A stretch of 30,715 nt of DNA from positions 1 to 30,715 of the IMG/VR virus record IMGVR_UViG_3300005758_000066; one strand, given 5' to 3'. The position numbers and the translations under genes are program-made. A model generated the notes under the pieces. The model was not told where the DNA came from, did no database searches, and saw only the letters and a list, made by a program, of their open reading frames with translations. Position 1 is the stretch's first letter. Each line of letters starts with the position of its first letter. Shown in pieces: positions 25,600 through 30,715 of the stretch. The DNA comes from a virus (taxonomy: Duplodnaviria; Caudoviricetes).

Positions 25600-26586
25600 T
25601 TAGGTCGCTCCCATTAATTTCATCAAATCATTCATATCTAAACTGCCGCCTTTTTTCTTCGCCTCCTCAGAAAGACTCAAAGCTTTTCTATCTCCCTTAT
25701 CCATATTAATGTATTTATAATCTTCTTTAGTTGCACCAACAATTGACTGAGCTTGATTGTCTTTGTCTTTTATTCTTTCTTTAGCCTTTTCATTTGCATT
25801 GATGTAATCAATAAGTTTATCTGGATCTTTTCTTATATTATCTGGGATCTTATCATTAGTTGATAATATATTTTTAAAATATCTGGCATATAAAATTAAA
25901 CGCAATTGATTATATGTTAAATTTATAATAGGTTTGCCATAAAAGTGAATAGGATCTTCACAATAAGGCATATAATAAGTAAAAAAATCTTCTAAAACCA
26001 TCCTTTGAATACGAGAATCGGTAAATTCGTTTAAAGTTTTATTATATAAATTTATTAAATAAGATAAATCATCAGATGAAATTTCATCAAAATCATCATC
26101 ATTATAATATAAAATTTTTAATTCAGAATCTTTAAACAATGTGAATTTAAGAAATTCTTCTGTTACTCTTTGCTCCGCATAATTTTCGCATGTATTACCT
26201 AAATAAGAACTCCGTTTATTCTTTAAATCATTTAGTTTAGTAACTGACTCATTAATTTGTTTATTCAATACATCAATTTGTGACTTTAAATATGTATTTT
26301 TTTTCTGTTCATTTATTTTTAGCAAAAAAACTTCTTCTTGTTTTATTGCGCTTTCATCTTTTTCTGTCCAATAACCTTCTTCTTTCAAATTAATCAAAGC
26401 TTCTTCAACTGTAGGTATACCTCTTTTTTTAGCTTCTTCGATGTATTCGCTTTTATACTCATCGAGTAATACTTGATCTGAAACGCTTATATGTTTGAAA
26501 TAAAATTTGCCAAGATTACAACTAATTAAAGTATAACCTTGGCAAATATCTCTGAAATTCTTCTTATAAATTAAAGAAGTATCCAT
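25600..26586 (-). CDS. Tail assembly chaperone, GT-like (G-like N-terminal domain plus C-terminal extension)
   Basis: Immediately upstream of the TMP, charged and helical. N-terminal ~190 aa resemble the upstream 252-aa protein. Function inferred from position. Confidence 0.65.
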   Translation of the reverse strand: MDTSLIYKKNFRDICQGYTLISCNLGKFYFKHISVSDQVLLDEYKSEYIEEAKKRGIPTVEEALINLKEEGYWTEKDESAIKQEEVFLLKINEQKKNTYLKSQIDVLNKQINESVTKLNDLKNKRSSYLGNTCENYAEQRVTEEFLKFTLFKDSELKILYYNDDDFDEISSDDLSYLINLYNKTLNEFTDSRIQRMVLEDFFTYYMPYCEDPIHFYGKPIINLTYNQLRLILYARYFKNILSTNDKIPDNIRKDPDKLIDYINANEKAKERIKDKDNQAQSIVGATKEDYKYINMDKGDRKALSLSEEAKKKGGSLDMNDLMKLMGAT

Positions 26587-27344
26587 TATTGACCAGCTAA
26601 AATCTTATCGAATTCTTCCTTATCTACCTTACCAGTGAAGAACCAGAAACTAATAATACTAGCCAACTTATTGTATGCTTTAGAGTAAATTTCATCATCT
26701 TTATCCTCTAAAGAAAATAATACTTCTTCTTTCTCTTCGAATGTTTTTCCTGGAAAAATAGGTACATAATCTGTGTGATTCTTGCTTGAGTCCTTGTAAA
26801 AACTCAATGTTAAAACATACCATAGAATTGATTTATTTTGAGCTTTTGTATCTGCTGTATGATTAAAAAGATTTAAATAACTCGTTTCTCTTTCTACAAT
26901 GGTTCTTCTAATTTCAATTAGATCAGATTGTTTTTCATTTATGAGTTGTTTGTCTTCTTCAGTACGTTCAGATTCAGGCTTGAGATTAAGATTAGCTAAT
27001 TCTACTTGCAAACCATAGTATTTTTCATAATTAGAATTTAATTCAGTAGAATCTTTTTCATTAACTAAACCACCAGTATCGCTATACTTATTAAGCAACA
27101 TCGTCTTTGTTAAGATTCCCTGCTTAATACACTTACTCATTTCTATTGAATATACCATTTCAGCCTCTTGCACTTGTTTTCGATTCGGCAATTTAATTGC
27201 AATTTCTACTGGAATAGTCTTTTCAACCATCTCAGTAATAGTTCGCTCTTTTTCTACACCATTTTCATCGGTATACTTTTCTTGCCTTTTCTCAGAAATT
27301 TTTGCGACCTTTTCGATATTAAATGTGTAAATGTACTTAGACAT
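26586..27344 (-). CDS. Tail assembly chaperone, G-like
   Basis: First gene of the minus-strand block, two genes before the TMP. Charged, with a coiled-coil stretch. TAATG coupling to the next gene. Confidence 0.6.
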   Translation of the reverse strand: MSKYIYTFNIEKVAKISEKRQEKYTDENGVEKERTITEMVEKTIPVEIAIKLPNRKQVQEAEMVYSIEMSKCIKQGILTKTMLLNKYSDTGGLVNEKDSTELNSNYEKYYGLQVELANLNLKPESERTEEDKQLINEKQSDLIEIRRTIVERETSYLNLFNHTADTKAQNKSILWYVLTLSFYKDSSKNHTDYVPIFPGKTFEEKEEVLFSLEDKDDEIYSKAYNKLASIISFWFFTGKVDKEEFDKILAGQ

Positions 27345-27384
27345 ATTTATAATATTGTATTTTTAATGTGTTTAAATTCTAATT

Positions 27385-27840
27385 ATGGGAACTAGTTTAT
27401 TAACTTCTACTGAAAAAGCAGCTTTGGCGGCTGTTTTTGATGATATACATGAAACTTTTGCCCGTGAAATAACTGTTTTTAAAGAAGCTTCAACAGTTGT
27501 TATCATAACAGACCCTAATTATAATCCGTTGTATAAAACTGCTGGTCAAACTACTTCAGTTATAAATACACCTGTTTATAAGACATTTAAAGCAAGAATT
27601 CAATATCAAGATGACGTTGGTAAAAAATATTGGAGTGAACAAGGTCTTAATTCTCAAATAAAACTAGAAGCTGTAGTTGGAACTGTTAGATTAAAAATAG
27701 ATCAAGTTGCTTATGATTATGTTAAAGACGCTCGTCGTTTCGATGTTGATGGCAAGAGATATGTTTTGAATTCAACATTTAGACCTCACGGTTTATTTGA
27801 TATACAATATTATACATTATATCTCAAACCCGATCCCTAA
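27385..27840 (+). CDS. Putative head-closure / head-tail joining protein
   Basis: 151 aa, beta-rich C-terminal half (TFKARIQY...GTVRLKID...RFDVDGKRYVL...YYTLYLKP), as in SPP1 gp16/lambda gpFII-type stoppers. First of three small genes before the major tube gene. Confidence 0.5.
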   Translation: MGTSLLTSTEKAALAAVFDDIHETFAREITVFKEASTVVIITDPNYNPLYKTAGQTTSVINTPVYKTFKARIQYQDDVGKKYWSEQGLNSQIKLEAVVGTVRLKIDQVAYDYVKDARRFDVDGKRYVLNSTFRPHGLFDIQYYTLYLKPDP

Positions 27841-27842
27841 AA

Positions 27843-28442
27843 ATGACAAAACTTGATTCGTCAGAATTACAACAAATTGCCGAACAATTAGTAAAAGAAA
27901 ATAATTATATAAAATATGTTTATACAGAACTTCAAAAAGAAATTGAAAAAATTAAAGAAGAAATTCTTGAAGAATTTGAAAACCATCCTATCACTCAAGA
28001 AATAAAAGGAGGTATCGAAGCTTCGAATATTTCTAATACCTTGAATGGCATAACTAATTTATATTCTTTTATAGGTTTTGAAAATGGCGATAGACCACTA
28101 GATCCTATTCGCGAAGAATTAAAAAAAATAAAATTAAAATATACTATAAATAATAAAGGAGAATTAGTTTTTAACGTTGAATTTCCTACAGCCAAAGATA
28201 TTTTCAAAGTGACCCCTATGCCTTGGGCCACAGGAAGAAGTTGGGCGCAAGGAATTGAAATAGGAATATCTGGATTAGGATATTATATTAAAAAAGTTAA
28301 AAATAGTAGATCTGGATTAGGCGTACAATCTGAAACACAAGTAAGATCTGGAGCAAGATTCAAAAATACAAAATATATATCTCAATTAATTAATTCATAT
28401 ACAAAAAAAATTCAAAATTTATCTAAGAATACAACGTTATGA
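27843..28442 (+). CDS. Putative neck/tail-completion protein
   Basis: 199 aa, helical N- and C-termini, PWATGRSWAQGIEIGISGLG core. Positioned between the closure-like and terminator-like genes (HK97 gp10-like slot). Assignment is by synteny only. Confidence 0.4.
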   Translation: MTKLDSSELQQIAEQLVKENNYIKYVYTELQKEIEKIKEEILEEFENHPITQEIKGGIEASNISNTLNGITNLYSFIGFENGDRPLDPIREELKKIKLKYTINNKGELVFNVEFPTAKDIFKVTPMPWATGRSWAQGIEIGISGLGYYIKKVKNSRSGLGVQSETQVRSGARFKNTKYISQLINSYTKKIQNLSKNTTL

Positions 28443-29299
28443 TTCCAGCATTTTCACATAATATAACCAACAGTTTTTTTCTATGGTTTGATAATAATTT
28501 AATGAGAAAAGCAGATGCATATAAAAATTATACTACAAAATTATATAACTATAGCGATGCCAGACTTGGTGATAATAAAGTAGTTTACGGTAGTCCATAC
28601 AAACAATGGGTTTATGATAAAAGTATAACTGGCGCAGTTATTCCAACTGGTTTTACAATTGATGGCGCATTTATACCAACTGGCACAAGCGGAATGTTCA
28701 TTGATTTTGAAAACGGTAGAATCATTTTTAATAGTGGTGTATCTACGAATTTAAATATAACTGGAACATACGGAGTTAAAGAAATAAATTCATATATAAC
28801 AGATCAACCAGAAGATAATCTTATAATTGAAGGTAAATATGTAACTAACAGTAGGTTTACTGTCACAGAAACTTATGTCGCACCTTATAATCCAGTAGTG
28901 CCTTGCGCTTTTATTTCTATTGAAAATATTGACAACAATGGATTTGCTTTAGGAGGCGAAGACGAAACTAGAGTAAGAATGAAAGCTGTTGTATTTGCGG
29001 AAAATTTATATCAACTAGATGGTGTTTTAAGCGTATTCGCTGATACATACAATACTAATTTTAATATTATTCCAATGGTAAATCATCCTCTTGGAGAATA
29101 CAATAATTTAAAAACAGGTTTATACCCAACAGGATACGATTATATAAACGTTAATAAACAATATAGTGATAATAAATGCTATATATATGATGTCACAACA
29201 TCAAAAATAAAAGATGACGTTATAAAAGAGCTTAATCCAATTTTACATATAGGTTTTATAGATTGGAACATCGGCAACATAAGATACCCAAGATTATAA
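28439..29299 (+). CDS. Putative tail terminator / tail-completion protein
   Basis: 286 aa, ATGA overlap with the previous gene. C-terminal half PCAFIS...FALGGEDETRVRMKAVVFAENLYQLDGVLSVF fits an alpha/beta terminator-type fold. Directly precedes the major tail tube gene. Confidence 0.5.
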   Translation: MIPAFSHNITNSFFLWFDNNLMRKADAYKNYTTKLYNYSDARLGDNKVVYGSPYKQWVYDKSITGAVIPTGFTIDGAFIPTGTSGMFIDFENGRIIFNSGVSTNLNITGTYGVKEINSYITDQPEDNLIIEGKYVTNSRFTVTETYVAPYNPVVPCAFISIENIDNNGFALGGEDETRVRMKAVVFAENLYQLDGVLSVFADTYNTNFNIIPMVNHPLGEYNNLKTGLYPTGYDYINVNKQYSDNKCYIYDVTTSKIKDDVIKELNPILHIGFIDWNIGNIRYPRL

Positions 29300-29357
29300 T
29301 TTCACAAAATAACCCATACACTGTAAAAATAATTAACATTTTAACAAATAAAAAATT

Positions 29358-30665
29358 ATGGCAAGAAATCGTGTAATTTACCAAAGTCAGGCTTTATATA
29401 TAGCTCCAAATAGCACTGGTATTCAAACTAGTGGCTATGGCATGGCTGATCCAGTAACTGCCGCATACACAACTGGCGAATTAGCTAGTGGTATTGGTCT
29501 ATTATATAAACTAGACAGAGTACAAAATTGTAATTTCAATTTTACAATTAATCGTCAAGACATCAACGAACTAGGTCAACTAGCTCGTATCGATAGTATC
29601 GTTAATGATACTCCTACAGTAGGTTTAGATTTCAGTTATTATATTACTGATGGTCTAAATGAAAGATTAATGGGATTCAATTTTTCTGGAAGATCTACTG
29701 GAGTAAATAATTTCCCTTTAGACACCCAATCTATTTCTGGAGCAAGCGCAATTTCTGGATTGATGGTTGATACTCAAGGTAATAATTATTATATTCTCAC
29801 TGTTGATGAAGGTGAAGATGTAGTTAATGCAGACCTAGCTAGTAATAATAATTCTGTTATTGCTATAGGTAATGGTTTTATTACTGAATATAGTTTGGAT
29901 GCTTCTGTTGGAAATATTCCAACTGCAAGTGTAACTGTTGAAGCTTTTAATATCAAGAGCGATGTAAATAAAACTCGACTACTTGATAATGGAACAACCG
30001 TTCTAACTGGAAGATCACCAGCAGTTGATTATAGTCAAACTCCAGCAACTCGTTTGACTGGTAATAATAGAGGATATATTATCAGTGGTGCTAATAATAC
30101 AGCGGGAGTAAGCACAGTATCTGCTCTTCGTCCTGGTGATATTGTTTTGTCTCTACCAGTAAATGATGGATTCACTGAACTTGATGATGCATCTAATAGA
30201 GCGCACATTCAAAGTTTTGCTTTCACAATTCCTCTTACAAGAACAGTGCTACAAAGATTGGGTAATGTTTTTGGATTCGCTCGCGTACTAGAAGTTCCAT
30301 TGAACATGGATGTAACAATTAATGCAGTAGTTAATGAACTTCAAGATGCTGATATATTTGATCAACTTTGCGGAACCGCTGATAAGAAAAACTTTATTGT
30401 TACTCTAAATCAATGTGCTGATGTAGGTGGCACAGTAACTCCTAAATTAGTTTATCAAATTAAAGGTGCTATTCTAAATTCTGAAAGTTATTCAACAGAT
30501 ATTGGTGGAAATCAAACTGTTGATTTGACTTATAACGTTCAAATTGGTGGCGCAAATGACACAAATAATGGTATATTTTTTAGCGGTTCTTATACAACTG
30601 GAGCCGCTATGACAAGTGGCGTATTGAATAACTATTATAAGCTTGGAACAGGTAAGAATTACTAA
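29358..30665 (+). CDS. Major tail tube protein (two tandem tube-fold subdomains)
   Basis: 435 aa, Gly/Ser/Thr/Asn-rich and beta-rich, with an internal duplication (RVQNCNFNFTINRQDINELG versus HIQSFAFTIPLTRTVLQRLG; ITEYSLDASVG versus LNSESYSTDIG). Followed by a strong terminator, as expected for a highly expressed structural gene. Confidence 0.75.
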   Translation: MARNRVIYQSQALYIAPNSTGIQTSGYGMADPVTAAYTTGELASGIGLLYKLDRVQNCNFNFTINRQDINELGQLARIDSIVNDTPTVGLDFSYYITDGLNERLMGFNFSGRSTGVNNFPLDTQSISGASAISGLMVDTQGNNYYILTVDEGEDVVNADLASNNNSVIAIGNGFITEYSLDASVGNIPTASVTVEAFNIKSDVNKTRLLDNGTTVLTGRSPAVDYSQTPATRLTGNNRGYIISGANNTAGVSTVSALRPGDIVLSLPVNDGFTELDDASNRAHIQSFAFTIPLTRTVLQRLGNVFGFARVLEVPLNMDVTINAVVNELQDADIFDQLCGTADKKNFIVTLNQCADVGGTVTPKLVYQIKGAILNSESYSTDIGGNQTVDLTYNVQIGGANDTNNGIFFSGSYTTGAAMTSGVLNNYYKLGTGKNY

Positions 30666-30679
30666 GATAACTGATCAAC

Positions 30680-30715
30680 AAAAAACCCCAGTCGAAAGAC
30701 TGGGGTTCTTTTTTT
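30680..30715 (+). terminator. Rho-independent terminator (possibly bidirectional)
   Basis: Perfect 10-bp stem AACCCCAGTC (30684-30693) / GACTGGGGTT (30698-30707), GAAA tetraloop, T-tract after and A-tract before. Starts 18 nt after the tube gene stop. Confidence 0.95.

Noticed and set aside
26570-26660. Programmed -1 frameshift between the two chaperone genes
   Set aside because: No X XXY YYZ heptamer in the short stretch where the -1 frame is open. The second gene has its own ATG in a TAATG overlap.
2539-28231. Short ORFs from the track (2539, 3660, 6686, 8051, 8498, 16837, 17421, 18408, 19423, 19803, 20226, 20709, 25209, 27168, 27995)
   Set aside because: All lie antisense or out of frame within long, motif-supported genes and show no recognisable motifs.
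1-30715. Contractile tail, eCIS or tailocin
   Set aside because: No sheath, baseplate wedge or VgrG/PAAR-like gene seen. The L-K-I-J, Dit and long TMP set indicates a non-contractile tail.
1-30715. Stop-codon reassignment
   Set aside because: Standard code 11 gives long, tightly packed ORFs. TAG (6845, 8294) and TGA (28442) end genes at sensible positions.
1-30715. Host or taxonomic assignment
   Set aside because: Low GC, lack of SD sites and fibre motifs are only suggestive. Nothing in the window identifies the host or shows whether this is a prophage.

Overview
AT-rich tailed-phage DNA holding an almost complete non-contractile (siphovirus-type) tail morphogenesis module, split into two divergent blocks at a 40-bp gap (27345-27384). 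Plus strand: head-closure-like, neck/tail-completion, tail-terminator-like and major tail tube genes, then a strong intrinsic terminator. Minus strand: two paralogous tail assembly chaperones, a 2734-aa tape measure protein (TMP), two more tube-fold paralogues, a fibre, a multidomain protein with two lambda gpM/Dit-like domains, an unknown virion protein, and lambda-like L, K (JAB only), I and J. A >=959-aa fibre ORF (FN3-like, Gly-Ser/Thr collagen-like, C1q/TNF-like) runs off the left edge and is missing from the ORF track. The standout is inside the TMP: residues ~550-1382 form a cassette array punctuated by seven copies of G-[FYH]-I-P-[NA]-F-[AN]. The cassettes are mutually unrelated and include two PD-(D/E)xK nuclease-like domains and a GNAT-like domain. 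This looks like a polyvalent effector payload built into a protein that is ejected into the host. All family assignments come from motif recognition by eye; no searches were run.
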